Under the pieces are notes generated by a model that was not told the origin of the DNA, did no database searches, and was given only the letters and a program-made list of their open reading frames with translations. Shown here in pieces: positions 38,256 to 47,177 of a stretch of DNA of 64,000 nucleotides (position 1 is the first letter of the stretch; every line of letters starts with the position of its first letter). Made by a program: the position numbers and the translations under genes. The stretch is from NCBI GenBank assembly GCA_965116925.1, contig OZ220744.1:6208955-6272954 (forward strand), given 5' to 3'. This DNA is from Candidatus Poribacteria bacterium. Its GTDB lineage: Bacteria > Poribacteria > WGA-4E > PCPOR2b.

Positions 38256-38696
38256 ATGAAACAGAATGTTTTGTTTTATGCACTCACTTTGATGGTCGGG
38301 ACGATGTTCTGGCTAGGTTGCGGTGGTAAGACAGCTACCGACGAGGGTATGGCAAAAGCCGAAAAGGTAGCCCACCAAGAAATTATGGGACAAATCACGG
38401 CGATTGATAACCATGCCAACGTCGTGACTGATATTAAACCCGCTGCATTCACTGCGCTCGGTTGGAAGCTGAAAGACACTATCACAGTCGAATTTGAGGA
38501 TGGGCGGGAGATCACCTGTCGCTACGTTGAAAACTATGGCGATGTGCCGGTCGGAGATTATTTGGTACGTTTCAGCGTAGAGCAGAGTGTGCTTAAGATT
38601 GCCATTAACGAAGGCTATCTGGCAGAGACATTGAAGATTAAAAGCTCCGGCAAAGTCGTTCTCCGCAAAATGCAAACTCAGGGTAGTGACCAATAG
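38256..38696 (+). CDS. Lipoprotein comprising only a SAM hydroxide adenosyltransferase/chlorinase-like C-terminal domain
   Basis: Lipobox-like WLGC; GQITAID..ANV.TDI...YGDVPVG..L...S....KIAINEG..A..L. Confidence 0.6.
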   Translation: MKQNVLFYALTLMVGTMFWLGCGGKTATDEGMAKAEKVAHQEIMGQITAIDNHANVVTDIKPAAFTALGWKLKDTITVEFEDGREITCRYVENYGDVPVGDYLVRFSVEQSVLKIAINEGYLAETLKIKSSGKVVLRKMQTQGSDQ

Positions 38697-38724
38697 GCGA
38701 CCAATAACTGAAGGCGACAAATTC

Positions 38725-39114
38725 ATGGATACGAATCGACCATTCGCTGCCGCGCCCGCTGCAGAGCCAGCGGGGGAATTTCGGACCCCCGAAGACATTC
38801 CTCCCGAAGGGATACGATGCATCCCGGCTAATGCCTATGAGCCAGATCCGTGGATTGAACTGGCTTGGAATCTAAATCAGGGATGGGCATGGTTGACGCT
38901 TTACGTGACACCGGGCGATCTACCGATTCAACAGTGGCATCAAAAATTCTCTATCCCCGATATGTCCTACGCGGGAGGCGTTTCCGTGATTCGGGGCTTA
39001 ACTCATTTGGCGAATCTACTCCATTCCATGTATACTGCGAATCCTGATACGGTTGGGTTCACCCCGCAGATAGCAGCGGCACTGGAGAATTTCCGTACCT
39101 TCCTAACTAGATGA
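38725..39114 (+). CDS. Hypothetical protein
   Basis: ORF fills the gap between co-oriented genes; no family recognised. Confidence 0.5.
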   Translation: MDTNRPFAAAPAAEPAGEFRTPEDIPPEGIRCIPANAYEPDPWIELAWNLNQGWAWLTLYVTPGDLPIQQWHQKFSIPDMSYAGGVSVIRGLTHLANLLHSMYTANPDTVGFTPQIAAALENFRTFLTR

Positions 39115-39153
39115 AGGCGGTTTCTGGGAAACTATTATTCACGCCCAAAGGGC

Positions 39154-40194
39154 ATGGCTGAATCAATACGAGTGCAAACAATGGAAATCAAAACACGCAT
39201 ACTGGGTAAAACAGGACTCAACGTCAGCGAACTTGGGCTTGGCTCTGCTTTTATGGCAGGTCAAGGGCAGGCTGGCGTAGATCGTTGCGTAGACTATGCG
39301 GTTGATCACGGCGTGAACTATTTCGATACAGCCGCGAACTACGGGGATGGTAGGGATGAGACCATGCTAGGTGCCGCCCTAAAGGGAAAACGGGAGAAGG
39401 TTATCCTTGCTACCAAAGTGGGATTTACAAACCGTGAGCACTACCGCTTAGAAGGACATCGCAGTGCTGACCAGCTCATGGAGCAGTTCGAGAGTTCCCT
39501 CAACCGACTTCAGACCGATTACGTGGACATCATTCAGATTCACGAGGCGGATTACCTGAAGTGGTGGACTGACGATAGCTCCGATGATGAAACGTCAGCG
39601 GATTGGGGTGCACTCATTGAGGATGACATAGACTACGACTTCTCTAATGCTCCAGCGGTCGAATTTCTCGCCAACGCAAGGCGTAGCGGCAAAGCGCGTT
39701 TTATCGGATTGACGGCGAAGAATGCCCGCCTGTTGGAGCGAATACTGAAAGTGGTTGAGGTTGATTCTGTTATGGCAGCGCATCAATTCAACCCGGTCTT
39801 TAGGAATGCTGTCGAATTCCTGTTCCCCACCGCTCAAGACTTGGGGGTGGGCGTTGTGATTGGTGCACCGCTGATGAAAGGTTGGCTCGCTGTCCCCCAA
39901 AACGCGTGGCAAGAAAACCCTCCCGGTTGGATGGACGAAACCTTCAAGGCGTCCTATTTCAGGTTCCTCGATATCCATGTGGACGCTGGGATTCCCATGG
40001 CAGAACTCTGCATCCGGTGGATGCTCTCAGAGCAAAGGCAACAGTCCATCGTCGTGGGTTTCAGTAATCTCCAGGAAGTCGAATTCAATATGTCTGCTGC
40101 GCTCCATGGAGCACTTCCAGACGACCTCAACGCTGCGATAGAGGAGATTGGAATTGTCCATCCCCTCACCTATCAGGGGCGGACAAAGATCTGA
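39154..40194 (+). CDS. Aldo/keto reductase
   Basis: GKTGLNVSELGLG, DTAANYG, LATK and SLNRLQTDYVDIIQIH motifs. Confidence 0.92.
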   Translation: MAESIRVQTMEIKTRILGKTGLNVSELGLGSAFMAGQGQAGVDRCVDYAVDHGVNYFDTAANYGDGRDETMLGAALKGKREKVILATKVGFTNREHYRLEGHRSADQLMEQFESSLNRLQTDYVDIIQIHEADYLKWWTDDSSDDETSADWGALIEDDIDYDFSNAPAVEFLANARRSGKARFIGLTAKNARLLERILKVVEVDSVMAAHQFNPVFRNAVEFLFPTAQDLGVGVVIGAPLMKGWLAVPQNAWQENPPGWMDETFKASYFRFLDIHVDAGIPMAELCIRWMLSEQRQQSIVVGFSNLQEVEFNMSAALHGALPDDLNAAIEEIGIVHPLTYQGRTKI

Positions 40195-40224
40195 CGACCC
40201 GAAAAGAGCGAGGAGAATCATACG

Positions 40225-40968
40225 ATGTCAGTGGACATTCAGAAAATGGCGGAACAAATTCTGGTTGAGGGTTTCTGCATTCTACGAGACCAGTTTCCTA
40301 TCCCCACTATTGAGGCTTGCAACGAAGCCTTTGCACCGATCCTACGCGATTATGTCACCGAGCACGCAGAGAACCCAAACCGCGGACCATGTAGGCACTA
40401 CATCACACTGCCTTTCGAGCCGCCGTTGTATAATCCCTGCTTCTTCGACGACGATGCGGTTATTGCCATTGCAAGCCAAATACTAGGGGAGGATTTCGCG
40501 ATCGATCAGTACGCTAGCGACACCCCGCTCAAGGGTTCGGTGTATCAGGAAATTCACGGCGACGTCGGGCCCCTCTTCCGTGAGAACCCCGACTTCCAAC
40601 ATCCGCCTGCGATTCTTGCGGTGAATTTTCCTTTTATTGATGTCACGCCGGCACACGGACCGTTTGAGGTTGCACGTGGAACGCATCTGTTGCCAAAAGC
40701 GGAGGCGTTGCGTCGGATTGAAGATGGCGAAATTCCGCTTGAACCGCTGCTGATGAATGCCGGTGATGTCCTCGTCCGAGATCCCCGTTGTCTGCACCGA
40801 GGGACGCCCAACCGTACGAACACTCCGCGTCCTGTTGCAGTATTTGCATGTCTCCGTGGCTGGATGCAGCGAGAACACCGGGAACGGAACCCAATTCCTG
40901 AATATGTCTGGACGGGGTTTTCGGAACGCGAAAAACAGTTGATGCGAAAGCTGCCAAGGACACTGTAA
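40225..40968 (+). CDS. PhyH-family Fe(II)/2OG oxygenase
   Basis: IHGD...LHRGTPN....RP. Confidence 0.88.
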   Translation: MSVDIQKMAEQILVEGFCILRDQFPIPTIEACNEAFAPILRDYVTEHAENPNRGPCRHYITLPFEPPLYNPCFFDDDAVIAIASQILGEDFAIDQYASDTPLKGSVYQEIHGDVGPLFRENPDFQHPPAILAVNFPFIDVTPAHGPFEVARGTHLLPKAEALRRIEDGEIPLEPLLMNAGDVLVRDPRCLHRGTPNRTNTPRPVAVFACLRGWMQREHRERNPIPEYVWTGFSEREKQLMRKLPRTL

Positions 40969-40981
40969 ACCTTACAATAAC

Positions 40982-41120
40982 AGGGCTTACGCAAATTTAG
41001 CATACAAGGGGTAGATTTTTGATTTTTAACCCCCTAAATCCCCCTTATCAGGGGGACTTTGGAAACTTCGCACAGGTCGGAGTTATTGGTAAATGTCCAC
41101 TTATTTTTAGAATTTACTAT
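40982..41120 (+). repeat. Composite intergenic element
   Basis: AGGGCTTACGCA end, CCCCCTAAATCCCCCTTATCAGGGGGACT hairpin, and a MITE-type right end TTTTAGAATTTACTATA. Confidence 0.5.
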
Positions 41121-41122
41121 AA

Positions 41123-41150
41123 TCACGTTTTACGCATCACGTTTCACGCG
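41123..41150 (+). repeat. Heptamer array
   Basis: TCACGTT TTACGCA TCACGTT TCACGCG. Confidence 0.7.
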
Positions 41151-41229
41151 CTTAACGTATTGCATTTTCTTTTTCCATGAGCCAATAAGGATTCATATAT
41201 ACCTATCCCAAACGGAAAGGGAACACTAT

Positions 41230-42399
41230 ATGGCAAATAAATATACCGCGGCGATTATCGGCTGCGGATCTATCGGCAATGCCCACATGGACGGCTACAG
41301 TTTGAATGACAATGTGGAAGTGGTCGCAGTCGCCGATCCACTATTGGTCGCCCGTGAAGAATATATGGAGAAGTACAACATTCCGCAGGGCTACGCCACC
41401 GTTGAAGAGATGCTGGAGAAAGCGAAGCCGGATATCGTCAGCGTATGCACATGGCATCCGCTGCATCCAGCACCGACCATCGCGGCGGCGCAAGCGGGGG
41501 TCAAAGCTGTCATCTGCGAAAAACCGATGGCGACCAGTTTAGGTGCAGCGAACAGCATGGTCGATGCCTGCGAAGCGAGCGGCACGAAGCTGATAATCAG
41601 CCATCAGCGACGCTTTACGCCCGGTTGGGAGAAAGCGCGTGAGTTGATTCAGGAGAAAGCAATCGGCGATCCGGTCTTGGTAAACTGCAAAATCGTGCAG
41701 GGGTTACTCAATTGTGGTACACATGCGATCGACGGTTCGCGCTTCGTTTTGGGTGACCCGCAAGCACTCTGGGTGATGGGAGCGGTAGAGCGGGATACAG
41801 ATCGCTATGAGAGGGATACGCCAATCGAAGATAGCTGCATGGCACTGGTACAGATGGAAGGTGGGCTGCAACTCTTTATACAGTCAGACCTGTGCATGGA
41901 GGGCGCAGCGGCGGGCGGTTTTCACATCCGAGGCACCGAGGGCATGTTGGATGTCAGCGAAGCCGGAGTCAGGTTGTTTAACGCCGAATCCAATGGTTGG
42001 GAACAGGTGCCCTTACGCGTGGCAGCAGACGAAATTCGACCCATCGGCGGGCAGACCAACGCCGCGCAGGTGCGTGAACTTATCGCTTGGATCGAAGGCG
42101 GTCCCGAACACCGGGGGGCCGGCAGAAAAGCGCGTGCGACTGTAGAGATTATGATGGCGCTCTATGAATCCGCCCGACAGCACCGGGTGATTCATCTTCC
42201 GCTGCAGGAGGAGGGCTATCCGTTGGAATTGATGGTGGATGAGGGCAAGCTGCCGGTAGAAAAACCGGGCAGATACGATATCCGTGGTTTTCTCAAACGC
42301 GATGCTATTGACGAAAAAGCCTATGCCGAGCTGAAAAGTCAGGGTATGGGGCACCATCAAGTTATGAAAATACTACATGAGAAAGAGCAAAAGGAATAG
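41230..42399 (+). CDS. Gfo/Idh/MocA family oxidoreductase
   Basis: IGCGSIG, CEKPMA, HQRRF; start at ATG 41230. Confidence 0.9.
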   Translation: MANKYTAAIIGCGSIGNAHMDGYSLNDNVEVVAVADPLLVAREEYMEKYNIPQGYATVEEMLEKAKPDIVSVCTWHPLHPAPTIAAAQAGVKAVICEKPMATSLGAANSMVDACEASGTKLIISHQRRFTPGWEKARELIQEKAIGDPVLVNCKIVQGLLNCGTHAIDGSRFVLGDPQALWVMGAVERDTDRYERDTPIEDSCMALVQMEGGLQLFIQSDLCMEGAAAGGFHIRGTEGMLDVSEAGVRLFNAESNGWEQVPLRVAADEIRPIGGQTNAAQVRELIAWIEGGPEHRGAGRKARATVEIMMALYESARQHRVIHLPLQEEGYPLELMVDEGKLPVEKPGRYDIRGFLKRDAIDEKAYAELKSQGMGHHQVMKILHEKEQKE

Positions 42400-42410
42400 G
42401 AGGATATGTA

Positions 42411-43418
42411 ATGAACCGTCCACCCCAAGAATCCAAACGTATTTCGGAAACTCAGCTGCGTGATTTTGCTGGAGCCTGTTTCAAAGCCGCAGGCTTACGC
42501 GGGGATCACGCAGAGCAACTCGCCCAACTGTTGACCAATGGCGATCTGCGGGGCGTGCACTCCCACGGTCTTCGGCAGGTTCCCGGTTATTGCGAGAGTT
42601 TGCGAGACGGATTGATTAACCCCAATCCCAACTGCCAAGTCCTCAAAGAAACACCCACTGCTGTCTTGGTTGATGGCGATGGTGGTTTAGGATATGCACC
42701 GATGATGATGGCAACGGAAAGTGCTATTGACAAAGCAAAGGCAAACGGCGTGAGTGTTGGTGCAACCTGTCATATTGGACACTACGGCTCGGCGGGGCAT
42801 TATGTCCGTCGGGCAATGGAAGAGGGGTGTACTGCCTTTTCTGTTCAGGGCGGTTCAAGTGAATTTGGTCCAGCAGACCCCAACAATCGACCGCCTGCCG
42901 CCTATTGGGGCAATCCTCCACTCTGCTTCGGCCTGCCCGGTGGGGACGAACCGCCGCTTATCCCGGATATGGCAACCTGTATCCTCGCAGACTATCAGCG
43001 CGGTGAAGAGTTTGATGCCTTACAGGAAATGATTCCAGCCGCGTTCTTCAAGTCTATGGGCTATACCGGTGTCGCTAGGGGGCTCGGTGGACCCTTTGTT
43101 GGTACAGACAGCGCACGGGCAAAAGCGGTAAAAGAGAAATGGCCCCGTGGACAAGCCGGTGGCATGATTGTGATTATGGATATAGGACTGTTCGCTGATC
43201 CGGAAGAATTTCGGACGGGAGTCGATAACTTGGTACGTGGGGTACGAGAAACAATGGCACCGCTACGCGGTTATGATGAGGCGACGCTTCCCGGAACACC
43301 GGAGGCTCGGAGGGAACAGGAATATAGACGTGATGGTGCACCTATCAGCTTCGCAGATATCGAACGACTCAATCAAACCGCCGAGGAATTTGGCTTGCCA
43401 CCGACAATGCGGCTGTAA
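42411..43418 (+). CDS. Type 2 malate/L-lactate dehydrogenase (Ldh_2) family oxidoreductase
   Basis: DLRGVHSHG, DGDGGLG, HIGHYG, GNPPL and LPG.PE motifs. Confidence 0.88.
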   Translation: MNRPPQESKRISETQLRDFAGACFKAAGLRGDHAEQLAQLLTNGDLRGVHSHGLRQVPGYCESLRDGLINPNPNCQVLKETPTAVLVDGDGGLGYAPMMMATESAIDKAKANGVSVGATCHIGHYGSAGHYVRRAMEEGCTAFSVQGGSSEFGPADPNNRPPAAYWGNPPLCFGLPGGDEPPLIPDMATCILADYQRGEEFDALQEMIPAAFFKSMGYTGVARGLGGPFVGTDSARAKAVKEKWPRGQAGGMIVIMDIGLFADPEEFRTGVDNLVRGVRETMAPLRGYDEATLPGTPEARREQEYRRDGAPISFADIERLNQTAEEFGLPPTMRL

Positions 43419-43426
43419 CAAGAATA

Positions 43427-43454
43427 GTAGGGAACAACGATCGTTGTTCCCTAC
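43427..43454. repeat. GTAG-type REP palindrome
   Basis: Perfect palindrome GTAGGGAACAACGATCGTTGTTCCCTAC. Confidence 0.85.
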
Positions 43455-43569
43455 CCAAAATGTGCTTCATTAGCGGTTAATCCAATTGAGTATTTTTTTA
43501 ACAGACAATCGTTGGATAGGAATCAATTTTTAATCGTCAACAGTCAATGATGTGAGGAGGGTTAGAACC

Positions 43570-44091
43570 ATGTGGAAAAGCTTCAAAGTCAAAGTTGAAC
43601 CGCTGACCCCCGAAGCCTTCGCGCCATTCGGGGAGGTCATTGAAACGTTTGAGGAAGCCAAACCGGAGATAGCAAAAGGGGGACTCCGTTCCGCTGCATA
43701 TCCCGTGACCGCGGATCTTGCTGAGGCAACTGCGGACGCCGAACTCGAAAAAACACCGCTCTCCGAAGGGCTGCAGCGGGCGCACTTCGCCTTTCACACC
43801 GACGCAGGTCAGGCGTTCTATCCGAGCTTGCACCGTCCAACAGTGTTTCTAGTCGGTCCTGTGAAGGACACCCTAGAGGCTGAAGATGTCCGCGCCTTCT
43901 ATTCGGATGGGAGCACGGGGGTCTGTTTGGGACTCAAGGTGTGGCATACCATGCCTATCTGCGTGGAGGGGGACGATGTCTACCAAACGGTTCGTGGAGA
44001 TCAGGACTATCACGCCCACTCGGTCGAAGTCGATTTCGATCTCGAGCAGGGACTGGCTATCGAACCGGATATGGAAAACTATACCCCGTAG
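43570..44091 (+). CDS. Ureidoglycolate lyase (AllA)-like cupin
   Basis: VEPLTPEAFAPFGEVI, Q.F.P, AF...G..GV....VWH. Confidence 0.7.
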   Translation: MWKSFKVKVEPLTPEAFAPFGEVIETFEEAKPEIAKGGLRSAAYPVTADLAEATADAELEKTPLSEGLQRAHFAFHTDAGQAFYPSLHRPTVFLVGPVKDTLEAEDVRAFYSDGSTGVCLGLKVWHTMPICVEGDDVYQTVRGDQDYHAHSVEVDFDLEQGLAIEPDMENYTP

Positions 44092-44105
44092 ATAGCGGAG
44101 GCGAT

Positions 44106-45344
44106 ATGGACAAAATCAGACTTGGGTTGGTCGGCTGCGGTGGGATGGGGACGCGGCACCTCTACGGTTTGCGGGAGTTGGTGCAAAGTCCTTTCTCCAA
44201 CGTCGAACTCTGTGCTGTGTGCGACATTCGCCGCGAGAATGCTGAGCTCGCCGCCTTAGAAGCGGAGAAACTGATGGGCGTCCGCCCAGAGATTTTCACC
44301 GGCTTGGAGGAGATGGTACGCGCTGTGCCTGACCTCACCGCCGTGGACGTGGTAACAGATCCGTCGGTACACCATGACGTTGTATGCCAAGCATTAGACT
44401 TGGGACTCCATGTGATGGTGGAAAAGCCGATGGCTATCACGGTAAAGGCGTGCCGACAGATGATCGAAGCTGCAGAACGAAACAACCGTCATCTGTCGGT
44501 GGCAGAGAACTTTCGACGAGATCCCTCCGCTCGGCTAGTTCGCTATCTGTTGGAGACTGGTGCAATTGGGACGCCTTATCTGGCGTTGTTCCATGCGCTG
44601 AGTCCGGGGAACGGAATCTTCATTACCCCTTGGCGCCATCTCAAGGAACGCGGTGGCGCCCTCCTCGACATGGCGGTTCACTTCACCCACATGATCCGGT
44701 ATCAACTCGGCGATATAGCAGAGGTCTACGGAGATGTGCGGTTGATCGAACCGGTGAGAAGAAAGCCCGACAGCATCGGTGATACCTACACCTTCTACCA
44801 GAATCGGCATCGGGCGATGGAGGCAGAAATTCCGGCGACCGCAGAGGACACGTCGCTGGCGATGTTCAGGATGGAGAATGGAGCGACTGTGAACTGGTTG
44901 GTCGGTCTTAGCGGGCACGGCGGTTGCGGCGGTGAGATTATCTTCGGTGATAAGGGGAGTATCAACGGCTTTGGAACACGCGGTGGCAAGATCAGCATTC
45001 AGCAGAGGGGGCAGGAAGGGATAAGCCAAGAGGAGATTCTCGCGTCCATAGATGAATTCACCTTAGAACCGTTGGCAAAACATCTCTTTCCATCAGGCGT
45101 TTCTGCTGGAGATCCCGCGGTGGATTGGAAACTCATCGCGCTTGAATACTACGAGCTGGCAGAGTCAATTCTCAATGGACGGGAGATTGAGGTCGATGGA
45201 GTCTGCGGATTGAAGGATGTGGCAGCCCTCTACGGGATATTTGAATCCTCCAGAGTTGGACGGGCGTTACGAATGAGCGAGGTGGAGAACTGCGAAGTTT
45301 ACGGGTATCAAGCAGAAATTGATGAGGCACTCTCCCTGAGATAG
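44106..45344 (+). CDS. Gfo/Idh/MocA family oxidoreductase
   Basis: VGCGGMG, VEKPMA, AENFRR; GGAGG RBS before ATG 44106. Confidence 0.9.
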   Translation: MDKIRLGLVGCGGMGTRHLYGLRELVQSPFSNVELCAVCDIRRENAELAALEAEKLMGVRPEIFTGLEEMVRAVPDLTAVDVVTDPSVHHDVVCQALDLGLHVMVEKPMAITVKACRQMIEAAERNNRHLSVAENFRRDPSARLVRYLLETGAIGTPYLALFHALSPGNGIFITPWRHLKERGGALLDMAVHFTHMIRYQLGDIAEVYGDVRLIEPVRRKPDSIGDTYTFYQNRHRAMEAEIPATAEDTSLAMFRMENGATVNWLVGLSGHGGCGGEIIFGDKGSINGFGTRGGKISIQQRGQEGISQEEILASIDEFTLEPLAKHLFPSGVSAGDPAVDWKLIALEYYELAESILNGREIEVDGVCGLKDVAALYGIFESSRVGRALRMSEVENCEVYGYQAEIDEALSLR

Positions 45345-45380
45345 CGATTGTGTCTGATCTTAACGGATATTTGACGCGAT

Positions 45381-46316
45381 ATGATTGAATATATTCTCGA
45401 AGCAACAGTTCGCTACGCAACGCCACTTTTGCTTGTTGCCCTCGGAGAAATTATCGCTGAACGCGCCGGGGTCATCAATATCGGACTGGAAGGCATGATG
45501 ATTTTAGGAGCGTTTACCGGCTGGCTCGGTTCATTCTACATCCAAGGTATGAACCCTGGGCTGGCACCGTGGCTCGGTATCCTATGCGGTGGATTGAGCG
45601 GGGTGGTCTTGGCCAGTATCTTTGGGGGCTTAGTTCTGTGGCTAAAAACCGATCAGGTAGTGACGGGCACTGGCATTAACCTCTTGGCGTTCGGACTTGT
45701 TGAAGTGTTGTACCGCCGCATCTTTGGCGCAACTGGGGACGCACTGAAGGTCGCAATCTTCCAACCGCTTCATATTCCGCTGTTATCTAGCATCCCCTTT
45801 ATCGGTCCTATCCTATTTCAGCAAAATCTCTTGGTCTACATAACATTTCTCGCTGTTCCCGCTGTCTATTTTTATCTGTTTCACACCCATCACGGTCTCG
45901 CCATCCAAGCCTGCGGCGAACACCCCAAGGCAGCGGATACGGTGGGTGTCAGCGTGCTCTGGTTGCAAGCGAAGTGTGTTCTTTTCGGTGGGTTCATGGC
46001 GGGACTTGCCGGCGGGTATCTCTCGTTGGTGGACGTGCCGTTCTTCAGCACGGAGATGACTGCAGGGCGTGGCTTTATCGCACTCTCAATTGTCATCTTC
46101 GGGAAGTGGCATCCGGTCAAGGCGTGCGGTGCAGCGTTACTGTTTGGGCTTGCCAACGCGCTGCCCGACCGTTTACAGGCTATCGCAGATCTCGGATTTA
46201 TCCCCTACCAATTCTTCTTGATGCTGCCGTATGTTTTGACGCTGCTTGTGTTGGCTGGATTTGTCGGACACGCTAGACCACCCGCTGCGCTCGCCCTACC
46301 TTATCGCCGGGAATGA
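45381..46316 (+). CDS. Nucleoside/simple-sugar ABC transporter permease
   Basis: ERAGVINIGLEG, GEHPKAADTVG, AGRGFIAL..VIFGKWHP and LPYVLT motifs. Confidence 0.92.
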   Translation: MIEYILEATVRYATPLLLVALGEIIAERAGVINIGLEGMMILGAFTGWLGSFYIQGMNPGLAPWLGILCGGLSGVVLASIFGGLVLWLKTDQVVTGTGINLLAFGLVEVLYRRIFGATGDALKVAIFQPLHIPLLSSIPFIGPILFQQNLLVYITFLAVPAVYFYLFHTHHGLAIQACGEHPKAADTVGVSVLWLQAKCVLFGGFMAGLAGGYLSLVDVPFFSTEMTAGRGFIALSIVIFGKWHPVKACGAALLFGLANALPDRLQAIADLGFIPYQFFLMLPYVLTLLVLAGFVGHARPPAALALPYRRE

Positions 46317-46340
46317 TGCGATTGGTTCCGGGTAAGAAGG

Positions 46341-47117
46341 TCACCGTGTACGACGCTGTAATTCAGCTTCAAGTTGACGGATCCGTTCCTCCGCCGCGGC
46401 AAGGGCTTCCGCTTCCGCACGAGCATTTGTCATTTCCACATAATCGAGGATGGCTTCGCCGCTTTCATCATAGCAAACTAAATTTTCCCCATCCAAGCCG
46501 ATCCAAAGATTGACAGGTTCAAGCCATAGCCAGCCATCCGCATTGGGGCTCAACTCTTCATAGCCATCCGGTGTCAGTCGGTATCCCACCAACGCTCGCA
46601 CCATTACCCCCTGTCGCACGAAGCGATCTACGATGATGTAGTTTGGTACGCCGACCCGTGCATAGTGGTCAACCTTCGTGACAACATCAGTTGAACGGGT
46701 CGAAGGCGAGACGATTTCGATAATCAGGCTTGGCTTGGTTCCCTCCTCTGCCTCCGAAAAGGTACTCCAATTAATGCGCCGCCGGAGGTTGAAAATCACC
46801 GCAATGTCGGGCCCGTGTGCCCTGAAATCAGGGTGTGCCCACGCCACACGGAGGTCGTGTAACACGATAGCGTCCGGCTGATCTGCGAGTCGGGCGGATA
46901 GCACGTTGTAGAGATAGTTACAAAATCGCTCATGCTCATCGGAGTGCATTCGGTAATCTCCCACCTGTGGGTGAAGGATGTCCTCAAGTGTCAGCGGCGT
47001 CCGTTCCAGGACCTCGGTCCCGTCTGGCAAAGTACGCATGACTTCACGCCACCCGTAGGGATAGGGATCTTTCTTATCAAGGATTTCTCCATTGGTTGGA
47101 GTGGTTGCAATTTTCAT
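46341..47117 (-). CDS. Uma2 (DUF820) family endonuclease-like protein
   Basis: GPDIAV, PSLIIEIVSPST..D...K...Y..VGVPNY; coiled-coil tail. Confidence 0.88.
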   Translation of the reverse strand: MKIATTPTNGEILDKKDPYPYGWREVMRTLPDGTEVLERTPLTLEDILHPQVGDYRMHSDEHERFCNYLYNVLSARLADQPDAIVLHDLRVAWAHPDFRAHGPDIAVIFNLRRRINWSTFSEAEEGTKPSLIIEIVSPSTRSTDVVTKVDHYARVGVPNYIIVDRFVRQGVMVRALVGYRLTPDGYEELSPNADGWLWLEPVNLWIGLDGENLVCYDESGEAILDYVEMTNARAEAEALAAAEERIRQLEAELQRRTR

Positions 47118-47177
47118 GGTGATGTCCTTTTCTCAAAGGATAAGCCCGTATCTCAATCCTTTGGAGTCTGCGCTGAA

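Noticed and set aside
6582-40968. Five PhyH paralogues as a novelty in itself
   Set aside because: PhyH expansion is already reported for Poribacteria and similar marine lineages. Only the HxG variant is flagged.
46341-47117. Uma2 gene as a defence system
   Set aside because: A solitary member of a family often highly expanded in such genomes, with no partner genes.
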